From Coriobacteriia bacterium (lineage in GTDB: Bacteria; Actinomycetota; Coriobacteriia; WRKU01; JAENWW01): DNA of 64,000 nt. The notes below the pieces were generated by a model. That model searched no databases, was not told the origin of the DNA, and saw only the letters and a list, made by a program, of their open reading frames with translations. Location of the stretch: NCBI GenBank assembly GCA_016649875.1, contig JAENWW010000003.1, forward strand, positions 26,415 to 90,414, in the 5' to 3' direction. How positions within the stretch are numbered: position 1 is the first letter of the stretch; each line of letters opens with the position of its first letter. This document shows positions 9,328 to 20,003 of this stretch, piece by piece. The position numbers and the translations under genes are program-made.

Positions 9328-12300
9328 ATGGCACAGGCTATTCGAAAAGAAGCAGGCGGAATCGAACCGGGAGAACTGAACGCCGGGCAACGTGAGGTGT
9401 TTGAAGGCATAGGCTGCTCTCTTGTGGTGAATGCGGGCGCCGGAACTGGAAAAACTAAGACCTTGACCTCGGCGTATGTCGGGGCCCTGTTGTCGATGGA
9501 GCTCGATGGCAACCCGCTGAGCTCGGAAAACATTGTCGCCATCACGTACACGAAGGCTGCCGCTGAGGAGCTACGCACCCGGACCGTTCGCATGCTACAG
9601 GCAAAGGAGCGGCAGGATCTGGTGGCTCAGATGGATGATGCGTGGGTGTCGACGATCCATGCGTTCTGCACGCGTATTTTGCGCGAGGAAAATATCGCCG
9701 TGGCGAAAATGTTCGGTATCGATCCGAGTTTTTCGGTGCTCGAACCTGAAGACTCGTCTGAAATGCTATCGGAAGCCATACGAGAAACGCTTGAAAAGGA
9801 CAAAGCTTCGCAGGGGCTGTATTCCGCCCTGACCGAGAGGCAGGCCCCCGATACGGTTTTTAGTAATATTCGGTCCCTCTTATACGATGCGAAAATGTAT
9901 GGGATCGAACTTTCCGACGATGTGCGCGAGCGACCGGAAATTTTGTCGCAGATGCCGTTCGGAGCGGCGATAGACGAGTATTTCGGACAGTTCTTGAGTC
10001 TCGCCGAGTGTGCGGATGAGCTCTACACGATGAATAAAAGAGCTTTGTCGAGTCTCGATTTCAATGATTTGATCTATTATGTCGAACGGCTTTTTAAAGA
10101 TGACGCCGCAATTCGGGAAAAGTACAAAAAACAGTTCGCCATCCTTCTCATCGACGAGTTCCAGGATACGAATTTTTTGCAGTATAAGATCTTCAAACAC
10201 ATAAGCGAGGAAAATCTCACGCGGGTCGGTGACAAAAACCAGAGCATCTACGGCTTCCAGGGAGCGGAAGTGAGAGTTTTCGAGAGCGCCCTTCGAGAGG
10301 ACGGTGTGACCGAAGTACGTTTGGGCGATAATTATCGTTCGCACGGGGATATTTTGCAGATGATCAATGCAATGTTTTCCGCCGACTACTTGTTCGGAAA
10401 TGATTTCGTCAGGCTTTCCGCGGGAAAAAGCGAACCTTTCGAAAGGCATGAGCCCTCTTCGGAGCACAAACGGCTCAAAGTGCATGGGTTTGCCGGTAGC
10501 AAACCACCGCAGATAATCGAACAGCAGGCGCAATGGATTGCAAAGGAGTTCGAGCGTCTGAACAAAGAGGGCTATTCCTACGGAGAAATGGTGGTTTTAC
10601 TTCCGACGCGAAATAAAGGAAAAACCTTTCAGCATGCGTTCGAGGCACACGGGATAGATGCCGTCGTGGTCGGCGGCGACGACCTCTTCACCGAGACGTA
10701 TATGCAAGAGTTGATTCTGACGCTGGCTTTTCTCGATAACCCCCTCGATGACGCGCTGTTCACGAAGGTGGCCCTTTCGATTTTCGGGCGCATTCCCGAT
10801 GAAGAGCTCGTTGCAATCACGCGTCAAGCCAAAGCCGCAGAGCCTCGAGGGAGAGCGTGGGAATCCGCAGTTCGGTTCGTCGGAGATGCGCCCGAATCGC
10901 AAACGGCCTTTTTCGTGTGCGCCATGCAGGATGCATTGGCGGCGATTCGCACCCAAAGTCCGGCTAATGTTGCTCGATTTCTCATAACTGCGACCGGTGT
11001 GGATACCTTGCTCCTCAACGGGGAGGAGCTCGAAGGTCGTGAAGAGTCTTTCCGCCAAGTGTATGCGAACTACGGGCAGGTCATCGCCCATATGGAGCGC
11101 CTGAACGAGGAGGGGAAAGGCTACCGACGCATAGTGGGGGATCTCATGCGCGGGTTGCAAGCGGGAAGTGGTTATAAAGCGAAAGTGGGGCAGGTGTCGA
11201 CCAAGGCGAAGCTCGGACAAGGACGATCCGGAGATGATGTCGTCCAAATCATGACCATCCATGGTGCGAAAGGCCTTCAGTACCCCGTGGTCGCAGTGCC
11301 CCTCTTCGCGAACGGCTCCAGAGGGGAAGACGGTATCATTCACGCCGTCGACGTCGAGACCGAGCCTTTCACCATGAAGCTTGCATTCAACTATCCGCTG
11401 AACGAGGCCGAAAATGAACAGTTCAATATGTTTTACGAGCTTGCAAAGACAGTGCGAAAGGCCGAGATAGAGAAAGTCAAAGCAGATAATAAAGCCTCGA
11501 GGGGCTCGGGCGGTGCACAAGAGGTGCCGAAAAGTCTTGCAATGAATCAGTTCGGGTACGTATCAAAGAAGATTCAGATCGGGAACGACGTGCGTGCGCA
11601 TAAGAAAGCACGCGATGAAGCCGAGCGGCTTCGCTTGCTCTACGTGGCGCTTACGCGTGCCGAAGACAGACTGCTGGTGAGCTATTCGTGCCCGAAGAAA
11701 GAAACCAGCAACGAGGAGCTCAGTCAAAAAGGTGACGTGAATTCGAAAGCAACGGCACGCCTGCGAGAACTTCTCGAAGAAGAGAGTCTGTGCGATATAG
11801 TGTCTTTTTTCGATGCTCAACAAGCAGATGCGCAGGTCGATTACAAAGATGCCGATCGAGAAGATGTGTGCGCAGGGGAAGATGAGGCGCAGGAGGTGCC
11901 GAAGGATTTTCCGCTCGGGACCGACTACGCGAAGAATTTCGAGCGGCAGTATACCTTTTCCGAAACCGGCACTCCCAAGACCCTCACTCCCGAGACGGGC
12001 GGAGAGCCCGGCGTTCGTGCGCGCTATGCACCGAACCCGAGTCAGCCACAGCGTTCCATACTCCAATTCAGTGCCTCGAATATCGATAAGTTCATGAAGT
12101 GCCCTCGGCAATATTGGCTGGGGGATGTATTACGGGTCGGATTGCCGGCCGTGGCGCAAGAATCGATGCCTGCGACCAGGGCGACTAAGGGGACGGCCAT
12201 GCACGCCGTACTCGAACTGGCGGCGCGCGACTTAACCATCCGAAAGGGAAAAGAAACGAACGGGCCGTTCCCGGTCTCCGAGTTGCTCGGTGAAAAGATC

Positions 12301-12882
12301 AAAAGTATATATCGATTGGACGATGAAACAGTTCACGAAGTTTTACAGGCGGCCGAGAAGGTATTGGCTTCCAGCTGGTGGAAGATGCTCGGCGATGCGC
12401 AGGAAGTGCAGCCTGAATCGCAGTTTTACACACAGCTTGAAGATGCGCAGCGTAACGAGTTCTTTCTTCAAGGGTTCATGGATGTGTACGCGGTTCTCAA
12501 AGATGGAACCGCGCTGGTGATCGACTATAAATCGGGGGTTTCTAAAGGTAGTCCGGAAAAGTACAAAATCCAAATGGAGTGCTACGCATGCGCGGCGCTG
12601 AGCAGAAAAGATATCGACACCGTCGAGGTCGCTTTCCTCAAACCCGAGATGTCGGACCCCGAGGATCAAGAGAAATTCATCGCCATCACGCAGACATACA
12701 CCCACAGAAATATGAGCGCCCTGGAATCGAGTCTCGTTCAGGCGAAACGCGGCATGGAGTCCGTCGAAGAAAACATCGAAGAAGGGTATCTGAAAAAGCA
12801 TGTATCGAGCAGCGTATGCAGCGTATGCTCGTATGCCGGTCCCCTTTGCCCCTACGGATTGAAGTTTAAGAGGAGAGGCTAG
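9328..12882 (+). CDS. addA: AddA/AdnB-like UvrD helicase-nuclease subunit
   Basis: AGAGTGKT, ITYTKAAAEEL, STIHAFC, IDEFQDTN, VGDKNQSIYGFQGA, MTIHGAKGLQY, LYVALTRA; nuclease GFMD...IDYKSG. Confidence 0.9.
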   Translation: MAQAIRKEAGGIEPGELNAGQREVFEGIGCSLVVNAGAGTGKTKTLTSAYVGALLSMELDGNPLSSENIVAITYTKAAAEELRTRTVRMLQAKERQDLVAQMDDAWVSTIHAFCTRILREENIAVAKMFGIDPSFSVLEPEDSSEMLSEAIRETLEKDKASQGLYSALTERQAPDTVFSNIRSLLYDAKMYGIELSDDVRERPEILSQMPFGAAIDEYFGQFLSLAECADELYTMNKRALSSLDFNDLIYYVERLFKDDAAIREKYKKQFAILLIDEFQDTNFLQYKIFKHISEENLTRVGDKNQSIYGFQGAEVRVFESALREDGVTEVRLGDNYRSHGDILQMINAMFSADYLFGNDFVRLSAGKSEPFERHEPSSEHKRLKVHGFAGSKPPQIIEQQAQWIAKEFERLNKEGYSYGEMVVLLPTRNKGKTFQHAFEAHGIDAVVVGGDDLFTETYMQELILTLAFLDNPLDDALFTKVALSIFGRIPDEELVAITRQAKAAEPRGRAWESAVRFVGDAPESQTAFFVCAMQDALAAIRTQSPANVARFLITATGVDTLLLNGEELEGREESFRQVYANYGQVIAHMERLNEEGKGYRRIVGDLMRGLQAGSGYKAKVGQVSTKAKLGQGRSGDDVVQIMTIHGAKGLQYPVVAVPLFANGSRGEDGIIHAVDVETEPFTMKLAFNYPLNEAENEQFNMFYELAKTVRKAEIEKVKADNKASRGSGGAQEVPKSLAMNQFGYVSKKIQIGNDVRAHKKARDEAERLRLLYVALTRAEDRLLVSYSCPKKETSNEELSQKGDVNSKATARLRELLEEESLCDIVSFFDAQQADAQVDYKDADREDVCAGEDEAQEVPKDFPLGTDYAKNFERQYTFSETGTPKTLTPETGGEPGVRARYAPNPSQPQRSILQFSASNIDKFMKCPRQYWLGDVLRVGLPAVAQESMPATRATKGTAMHAVLELAARDLTIRKGKETNGPFPVSELLGEKIKSIYRLDDETVHEVLQAAEKVLASSWWKMLGDAQEVQPESQFYTQLEDAQRNEFFLQGFMDVYAVLKDGTALVIDYKSGVSKGSPEKYKIQMECYACAALSRKDIDTVEVAFLKPEMSDPEDQEKFIAITQTYTHRNMSALESSLVQAKRGMESVEENIEEGYLKKHVSSSVCSVCSYAGPLCPYGLKFKRRG

Positions 12883-13949
12883 GCTTTGCGGTAAGTGTTG
12901 GCGAGCTGTCCGCACGCCGCCGCGATGTCGCCACCGCGCTCCATGCGAACCGTCGCCGTGACGTGGGCCTCCTCGAAAGCGCGTGCGATTCCTGTAATAC
13001 GTGTACGCGAGGGCGGTTTGGCCTCTCCGTTTGTTATGGGATTTATCGGAATCAAGTTTACGTGGGCTCCGATCCGCTTTGCAAATCGAATTATTTCGGA
13101 GACTTCTTTATCCTCGGTCTGCGGGCCGTCGATGAGAGCATATTCGAGACTCGGGCGTCGGCCACTTTCCAGGTAGTAGTTTTCCAGAGCCAGAAAAAGT
13201 TTGTCGAGCGTTTGCGTGGCGAGACCGGGCATAAGCAAATCACGTGTGCCTTGAATCGCCGAATGCAGTGAAACGGCGAGCGTGAATTGTTCCGGTTCCT
13301 GTGCAAAACGGTCGATACCTTCCACGAGGCCGCTTGTCGACACGGTGATATGTCGAGCGCCTATATTCATCCCCTGCTCGCTGTTGAGTATGCGCAAACC
13401 GCTTAATACCGCATCGTAGTTTGCGAAAGGCTCCCCTTGTCCCATGACGACGACGTTGCTTACACGACGATTGAAATCTTGTTCCACGAGACGAACTTGC
13501 TCGGCTATTTCGCCCGGGAGGAGATTGCGGCGAAAGCCCGCCTGTCCGGTTGCGCAAAAAGTACAGCCGAAAGTACACCCGGCCTGCGAAGAGAGGCAGA
13601 CGGTGAGGCGGTCTTTCGTCGGTAGACCGACAGCTTCGACGATTTCACCGTCATCGAATTCGATGAGATATTTTCTCGTTCCATCGGTGGAAGTTTGGCA
13701 CTCGATGATGTTCGCCCGTTGCAAGGGGGCGACGAGTGCGAGTTTCGTTCTCAAATCTTCGCTGAAGTTCGTCATTTCTTCGTACGAGTCTACAGGGTTG
13801 GCGTAAAGCCATTCCGTAAGTTGTTTCGCCCGGAACTTCGGCTGACCGAGCGCTTTGAAAAGCGCGGGATATTCATCGAGGCTGTAAGCGAAAATTCGGC
13901 GCACGGCAAAATCGGAGGGTATGCTTATCGGGGGAACGTAACGAGTCAC
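12879..13949 (-). CDS. rlmN: Dual-specificity RNA methyltransferase RlmN
   Basis: CLSSQAGCTFGCTFCATG, MGQGEP, AVSLHS, DIAAACGQL. Confidence 0.97.
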   Translation of the reverse strand: MTRYVPPISIPSDFAVRRIFAYSLDEYPALFKALGQPKFRAKQLTEWLYANPVDSYEEMTNFSEDLRTKLALVAPLQRANIIECQTSTDGTRKYLIEFDDGEIVEAVGLPTKDRLTVCLSSQAGCTFGCTFCATGQAGFRRNLLPGEIAEQVRLVEQDFNRRVSNVVVMGQGEPFANYDAVLSGLRILNSEQGMNIGARHITVSTSGLVEGIDRFAQEPEQFTLAVSLHSAIQGTRDLLMPGLATQTLDKLFLALENYYLESGRRPSLEYALIDGPQTEDKEVSEIIRFAKRIGAHVNLIPINPITNGEAKPPSRTRITGIARAFEEAHVTATVRMERGGDIAAACGQLANTYRKA

Positions 13950-14108
13950 GTGAAAGTCCTTTTCTCAGTGGCATAAACAGTTTGCGGATAGTATCATTTA
14001 GAGATTGGAACCCGTCGAAAAGTATCGGCATGAAGACAGATGTGTTCGCGAGCTACTCCATTATAGGTTATGGATATGACGAGCGTGTGGAGGGGATTGG
14101 AGTAGCCG

Positions 14109-15056
14109 ATGCAAGAGATGCGAAGTTTGAAAGTGGCCGTACTCAAAGGTGGCGTTTCCGCCGAGCGTGAGGTCTCGTTGCGCTCGGGGGAAAAGATAGC
14201 CGCATCTCTCCGCTCGGCAGGATGCATTGTCGTCGAATACGACACGAAAGAGCTTTCATTCATTGAGAAACTTCTGAACGACCGACCCGATGTCATCTAT
14301 ATTGCTTTGCACGGTCGGCATGGTGAAGACGGCACGATGCAAGGATTATGCGAGCTTCTGCACATACCCTATGTCGGCAGCGGTGTTTTAGCGAGCTCCT
14401 TGGCAATCGACAAGGTGATGAGCAAGCGCTTTTACGTACAGGCGGGGATCCCGACCCCCCGATATTTGGTTGCGGAGAATACGAAACAGTTCGATATCGC
14501 TGCGTTTGTCGCTCGGGTGGCCGCCGAGCTCGGAGGAAAAACGGTCGTGAAACCGACCAACGAGGGCTCATCGATCGGGATGAGCATCGTACATGCGCTC
14601 GACGAGTTACCGCACGCGCTTGAATATGCGTTCGAGTACGACTCGACGGTGTTGGTCGAGCAGTTCATCGAAGGTACCGAGGTGACGGTCGGCGTCTTAG
14701 GCAATGAGTGCCCTCGCGCGCTTCCCACCATCGAAGTGGTCGCAAAAAATGAATTCTATGATTACGCGGCAAAATATGAAGCGGGAATGTCACAACATAT
14801 AATACCGGCTCGTGTGGGTGCCGAGGCGAACAAGCTTTGCTCCGATTTGGCCGAACAGACCCATTCGGTGCTTGGTTGTCGAAGCATTTCTCGCAGCGAC
14901 TTCATCGTCGATGCCGACGGGGGAGTGTGGCTCCTGGAGACGAATACACTTCCGGGGATGACCGATGCTTCATTGGTTCCCGATGCGGCCAAGCGCGCGG
15001 GCATTGATTTTTCCGAACTGTGCGTGATGCTCGTTTCGTTGGCGCTTGAAAAATAA
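14109..15056 (+). CDS. ddl: D-alanine--D-alanine ligase
   Basis: GGVSAEREVSL, LHGRHGEDG, EGSSIG, FYDYAAKY, LETNTLPGMT. Confidence 0.96.
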   Translation: MQEMRSLKVAVLKGGVSAEREVSLRSGEKIAASLRSAGCIVVEYDTKELSFIEKLLNDRPDVIYIALHGRHGEDGTMQGLCELLHIPYVGSGVLASSLAIDKVMSKRFYVQAGIPTPRYLVAENTKQFDIAAFVARVAAELGGKTVVKPTNEGSSIGMSIVHALDELPHALEYAFEYDSTVLVEQFIEGTEVTVGVLGNECPRALPTIEVVAKNEFYDYAAKYEAGMSQHIIPARVGAEANKLCSDLAEQTHSVLGCRSISRSDFIVDADGGVWLLETNTLPGMTDASLVPDAAKRAGIDFSELCVMLVSLALEK

Positions 15057-15217
15057 TTGCTGTCGCTGGTGTGTGTGCCTCGGCGAACTGCCGACCACGG
15101 TGTCCTATGTTGGCGGTATTATTGCTATAGTAAGCGTGCGCGCGCGGTGCCGCGTGACTGGCCGGAACCGGCGATGCGCATATTTTGAACGATTTATTTC
15201 TACGACAGGAACACTAC

Positions 15218-16546
15218 ATGAACAGCGTGAAAGAAATCATTTTCGTCGTTGTGCTGATTTTGGTCAACGGATACTTCGCCGCAGCTGAAATCGCGCTCAT
15301 CAGCGCAAAAAAGTCAGCGTTATTGCGAAGCGCCGACGAGGGGTCGAAGGGTGCAAAGACCGCCCTGAAGCTCAGCGAAGACCAAACGCGCATGCTTTCG
15401 ACGGTACAGGTTGCCATCACGTTGGTGGGCATGCTGGCCTCGGCTACCGCTGCCGTGACGTTGGCCGCCCCGCTCCAGCGATGGCTTGAAAAAGTGGGTA
15501 TCGGAGCGCTTTCAACGGTCGCTTCGGGGCTGTCGGTATTCATCGTCACCCTTATCATAAGCTACTTCACGCTGGTCATCGGAGAGCTGGTACCTAAGCG
15601 CATCGGTATCAGAAAAGCCGATTCGGTAGCCATAGCCGTTGCGGGCCCGGTGGCATTTCTCGCAGTCGTCGCCGCTCCGGTCGTGTGGCTCCTCACAAAA
15701 TCGACGAACCTCCTTTCAAATTTCATCGGTTTACACGAGGACGAAAACGACGAAGCCAACGAAGAGGAAATAAAACTTCTCATCAATCAGCAAAGTTCGT
15801 TGCTCGATGAAGAGAAGCAGATGATAAATGAGATTTTTGAACTCGGGGATACGGTTGTTCGCGAAATCATGGTTCCTCGCGTCGATATGACTTTCATCGA
15901 GGATACGAGCTCGGTAATCGAGAGCCTTCGGGCCCTGCAATCGAAGGGCTATTCCCGTGTTCCGGTATTTCACGAGGGCCACGATAAAATCATCGGCATC
16001 GCCATGTTGAAAGATATCGTCATTCCCGTCAGTGAAGGCAAGGGGGATGCTCCGGTCACCGACTATATGCGCGTGCCGTCATTCGTACCCGAAACAAAAG
16101 GAATCCTGCCGTTGTTGACCGATATGCAGACGACGAGAAATCAAATGGCGGTTGTCGTCGATGAGTACGGGGGTACTGCCGGAATCGTGACGATTGAGGA
16201 TATCGTCGAGGAAGTCGTCGGTGAAATTTCCGATGAGTTCGATCGCGATAAGGCGGACGTGAGCGAATTGCGCACTGACGAGTGGGTCGTCAACGGGACG
16301 CTTCCCGTAGAAGATGCGGAGGGGCTCGGATTTCCTGTTCAGGAGTCGGACGAGTATGATACTATCGCAGGCTGGATGTTAGAAAAGTTCGGCCACATTC
16401 CACATGTGGGAGAAGAAATCGAGCAAGACGACTTTACCTTTACCGTGCACAGTATGCGTAAGCGGCGCATCGCCCGCATCAGAATAAACGGTCTGGCGCA
16501 TAAGGATTATCGGCTAGGAGACGAACTTGACGAAGGAAAAGAATAA
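15218..16546 (+). CDS. HlyC/CorC (CNNM) family membrane protein with CBS pair
   Basis: NGYFAAAEIAL, GELVPKRI, VREIMVPR, YSRVPV, VVDEYGGTAGIVTIEDIVEE, CorC C-domain; start inferred at ATG 15218. Confidence 0.93.
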   Translation: MNSVKEIIFVVVLILVNGYFAAAEIALISAKKSALLRSADEGSKGAKTALKLSEDQTRMLSTVQVAITLVGMLASATAAVTLAAPLQRWLEKVGIGALSTVASGLSVFIVTLIISYFTLVIGELVPKRIGIRKADSVAIAVAGPVAFLAVVAAPVVWLLTKSTNLLSNFIGLHEDENDEANEEEIKLLINQQSSLLDEEKQMINEIFELGDTVVREIMVPRVDMTFIEDTSSVIESLRALQSKGYSRVPVFHEGHDKIIGIAMLKDIVIPVSEGKGDAPVTDYMRVPSFVPETKGILPLLTDMQTTRNQMAVVVDEYGGTAGIVTIEDIVEEVVGEISDEFDRDKADVSELRTDEWVVNGTLPVEDAEGLGFPVQESDEYDTIAGWMLEKFGHIPHVGEEIEQDDFTFTVHSMRKRRIARIRINGLAHKDYRLGDELDEGKE

Positions 16547-19322
16547 GAAGCGGCTCGAGCAACTTGCCAAGATAGTCGTGGCTCTCATTATCATTGTTGC
16601 ACTGGTCGTGGGCGCTGCGAGAATATGGACCGATTATCTTTGGTATGAAAGCGTGGGCCAAATCGCAATTTATTGGACACGCCTTTGGTCGCAAGGCACG
16701 ATTTTCACCGTGACGTTCGTTCTCACATTCGGTCTTTTGGTCACCACGATGTTCTCCGCTTTAAAGCGTTCGCTCGGGTGGCATAGGCAAATGTCCGAAG
16801 TTTCGAGTATTCCCGCAGACAAGACGTTTCAAGGTGCGCGCAATGTCCGCAAAGATTTTCGGGTATCGGTAGATGAACTCAGCGATAAGATAAAGCCCTA
16901 TTTCAAAATAATCATTTATATAATCGCTCTGGCTTTCGCCGTAAGCATCGCCGCCAAGATAAGCGCAAGCTGGGAGACTTTCCACCTGGCTTTGACCAAA
17001 ATGAGTTTCGGCATCAAAGACCCGCAGTTCGGTATAGATGTCGGTTTCTATGTGTTCAAGTTACCGGCTATCAGTTTGCTTCTCGGGTGGGCGAGAGGCG
17101 CTCTCATCCTCATGTTCGTTTTGACAGGCTTCGTTTATGTTTTGACCGGAGCCGTCCGTCCCTGGGAGGAACATCAAAAAATAGCCCCGAATGCCAAAGA
17201 ACACCTGTCGGTGCTGCTTGCACTGTTCATGGTTTTCGAGGCGTTTCGCAACATCCAAAAGATTTTGAAGTTGAATCTGTCCTCGCGCGGACAAGTGGTC
17301 GGTCTTTCCTACACCGATGTCCATGCGCAATTTCCCGCGCTCATCGTCATGGTCGGGGTGTGCCTCATCCTTGTAGTATTTTTCTTACTGAACATCAAGA
17401 GGCGCGACTGGAAGTTGCCGGTGCTCAGTGTCATGATTTGGGTTACCGCCACGATTGTGCTCACGGTGGTTTTCCCCTTCGCCGTGCAAAAACTCATCGT
17501 GTCCCCGAATGAGGAGGCACTTGAGGCTCCCTATATCCAACGCAACATCACCATGACGCGTAAGGCATATGCGCTGACCGATATATCTTCGAAGACCTAT
17601 GCCGCCACCGATACGCTGACGCAGGCGGCGGTGGATGCGGATGCCGACACCGTCGACAACATCAAGCTGTGGACATCAACGCTTGCCGCCATGAGCTACG
17701 AGCAATTGCAGGCGATACGACCTTATTACAGTTTGAACGATGTCGACACTGACCGCTATGTGATAAACGGGCGCTTACGACAGGTGCTCATATCGCCTCG
17801 TGAAATGGATGTGACCAAGCTCGCCTCCACCGCGAAGACGTGGGTGAACCAGCATCTCGTCTATACGCACGGATATGGCAGCGTCATGAATATCGGGAGC
17901 GAGTCCGATTCGCGCGGCATGCCGAAGTTCATCTTGGGGGACATTCCTCCCACGGCAAGTGTGGAGGCGACGAATTCGCCCGCGCTCACGGTTTCACAAC
18001 CGAGCATCTATTATGGCGAGGTCGACAGTAACTATGTCGTCGTAAATACCGGTATCAAGGAGTTCGACTACCCGCAAGGCGAAGAAAATGCCACCACTCT
18101 GTATTCTGCGAATACCGGTGCCGAGGTCGGCAACATCTTCAGTCGCACCGCATGGGCGATCCGTCTCGGTTCCGCGCAGATGCTCTTTTCAAATTATGTC
18201 AAATCTGACAGCAAGGTGCTCATTCACCGGAATGTGGTGGATCGCATCAACGCCCTCGCTCCGTGGCTCCAACTGGACAGTGATGTCTATTCGACGATAG
18301 TGAACGGGCGCATCGTCTGGGTCGCAGACGGCTATACGACGTCGAATATGTATCCCTATTCGCAATCGTTGCCGAAGAGCAAAACCAACTACATGCGCGA
18401 TGCAGTTAAAATAACGGTCGATGCTTATACGGGAGAGACGAAGTTCTACATTTTCGACAAAACCGATCCCATCATCAAGGCGTGGAGCGAAATCTATCCG
18501 AGCCTCTTCAAGAGTGCAGACGAAATGCCTTCCGCACTCAAAGCCCATTTGCGTTATCCCGCCGATTTGTTCACGGCTCAGGCTCAGATATATATGACAT
18601 ATCACATGACCGATGTAAACGTGTTCTATAACAAAGAAGACCAATGGCAGATTCCGAGTGCGGCAAATGGGAAAACGCTCGCTCCCACCTACGTTCTCAT
18701 CAAATTGCCCGGCTCGAGCAAAGCCCAGTTCTCTATGATCCAGCCGTATACGCCACGTAGCAGAGAGAACATGATCGGTTGGATGGCGGTTTCGTGCGAG
18801 CCGGAATCGTACGGAAAAAGGACCGTGTTCCTCTTTCCGAAAGAGAGAGTCATTCTCGGTCCGACCCAGATAACGGCTCGCATCAATCAAGATCCGGTCA
18901 TTTCACCGCAGTTCTCTTTGTGGAATCAAGCCGGGAGTCAAGTAATTCTCGGTGATATGGCGATCGTCCCGATGCAAGATTCTATCGTCTACGTCGTGCC
19001 GGTTTTCTTGCAGGCGGCCAAGACGGCGATTCCCGAATTGGCTTCCGTCGTCGTGGTCTATGATGACAGCGTCGCCATGGGCAAGGACTTTAAGACTGCG
19101 CTTGCGGCAACCATGAAGGCCGACTCCTCGTCTGGCGGGGCCTCGACGTCTGCGACGCCCGGTAGTCTCTCGAAAGATACGGAAAACCAATTGGCTGCCC
19201 AAGCTGCGAAACTTTACGAGGAGGCCGCTGCCGCCCAAAAAGCCGGTGAATGGTCGCTTTACGGTGTGAAGACCGAGGCATTGGGCAAAGTTATCGCGCA
19301 GATGACGAAAAGCGCGAAATAG
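16527..19322 (+). CDS. UPF0182 family membrane protein
   Basis: WTDYLWY, DPQFGIDVGFYVF, YTDVHA, NQHLVYTHGYG, YTTSNMYPYS, HLRYP; 931 aa. Confidence 0.95.
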   Translation: MTKEKNKKRLEQLAKIVVALIIIVALVVGAARIWTDYLWYESVGQIAIYWTRLWSQGTIFTVTFVLTFGLLVTTMFSALKRSLGWHRQMSEVSSIPADKTFQGARNVRKDFRVSVDELSDKIKPYFKIIIYIIALAFAVSIAAKISASWETFHLALTKMSFGIKDPQFGIDVGFYVFKLPAISLLLGWARGALILMFVLTGFVYVLTGAVRPWEEHQKIAPNAKEHLSVLLALFMVFEAFRNIQKILKLNLSSRGQVVGLSYTDVHAQFPALIVMVGVCLILVVFFLLNIKRRDWKLPVLSVMIWVTATIVLTVVFPFAVQKLIVSPNEEALEAPYIQRNITMTRKAYALTDISSKTYAATDTLTQAAVDADADTVDNIKLWTSTLAAMSYEQLQAIRPYYSLNDVDTDRYVINGRLRQVLISPREMDVTKLASTAKTWVNQHLVYTHGYGSVMNIGSESDSRGMPKFILGDIPPTASVEATNSPALTVSQPSIYYGEVDSNYVVVNTGIKEFDYPQGEENATTLYSANTGAEVGNIFSRTAWAIRLGSAQMLFSNYVKSDSKVLIHRNVVDRINALAPWLQLDSDVYSTIVNGRIVWVADGYTTSNMYPYSQSLPKSKTNYMRDAVKITVDAYTGETKFYIFDKTDPIIKAWSEIYPSLFKSADEMPSALKAHLRYPADLFTAQAQIYMTYHMTDVNVFYNKEDQWQIPSAANGKTLAPTYVLIKLPGSSKAQFSMIQPYTPRSRENMIGWMAVSCEPESYGKRTVFLFPKERVILGPTQITARINQDPVISPQFSLWNQAGSQVILGDMAIVPMQDSIVYVVPVFLQAAKTAIPELASVVVVYDDSVAMGKDFKTALAATMKADSSSGGASTSATPGSLSKDTENQLAAQAAKLYEEAAAAQKAGEWSLYGVKTEALGKVIAQMTKSAK

Positions 19323-19324
19323 AA

Positions 19325-20002
19325 ATGCCCGGCGAATATTCGCGTAAAGGCGCAGCCGCTCTTTTTGTCGTCGCTTCGACGGTTTTGCTGCTGATCGGGC
19401 TTGCAAGTCCGATTCTCTGCCACGCGGGTACGGTTTCTGTTTCTCGGACGGAAGAGGTGCCTTTGTCTCTCGGGCTTTCCGACGATTCCGTCGTAAACCT
19501 TCACCGGGCGGTACCTTCGGAGGACCGGTTCAATCTCGATTCCGTCGCCACCATAGCGTCTAAGCAAAGCGATGTTGCCGTAATCGAAGAACTCACGGTG
19601 CTGACGAGCGAAAAAGAATTCACTGTCGGAAAACAGGAGGCGGAACGAATTTCTTTCGGTGTCTCATCGGGGAAAACGGACAACTCCTCGGAACGAAAAG
19701 CTGCGACGAGCGATTCGACGGTCGGTTGGATTTATTCGGAAGTGTCGTGGTACGGACCGCGTTTTTATGGGAACAGAACCGCTGATGGAACGATTCTTAC
19801 GAGAAGCAGCGTTCTCGTCGCGAGCCGCACTTTACCTTTCGGCACCAAGGTGGAAATCGTGTATAACGGTAAGTCGGTCATCGCCGAGGTCCATGATCGA
19901 GGTCCTTATGTCGTGGGGAGAGATTTAGACATCGGGCCGGGTGCCGCCAAGATTCTCGGTTTCAGCGGTGTGCATGTCGTCAAATACCGGCTCGTTCCGT
20001 AA
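19325..20002 (+). CDS. rlpA: RlpA-family (DPBB) lytic transglycosylase-like secreted protein
   Basis: N-terminal hydrophobic signal; SWYGPRFYGNRTADG, SRTLPFGT, VHDRGPY, RDLDI; start ATG 19325. Confidence 0.85.
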   Translation: MPGEYSRKGAAALFVVASTVLLLIGLASPILCHAGTVSVSRTEEVPLSLGLSDDSVVNLHRAVPSEDRFNLDSVATIASKQSDVAVIEELTVLTSEKEFTVGKQEAERISFGVSSGKTDNSSERKAATSDSTVGWIYSEVSWYGPRFYGNRTADGTILTRSSVLVASRTLPFGTKVEIVYNGKSVIAEVHDRGPYVVGRDLDIGPGAAKILGFSGVHVVKYRLVP

Positions 20003-20003
20003 A

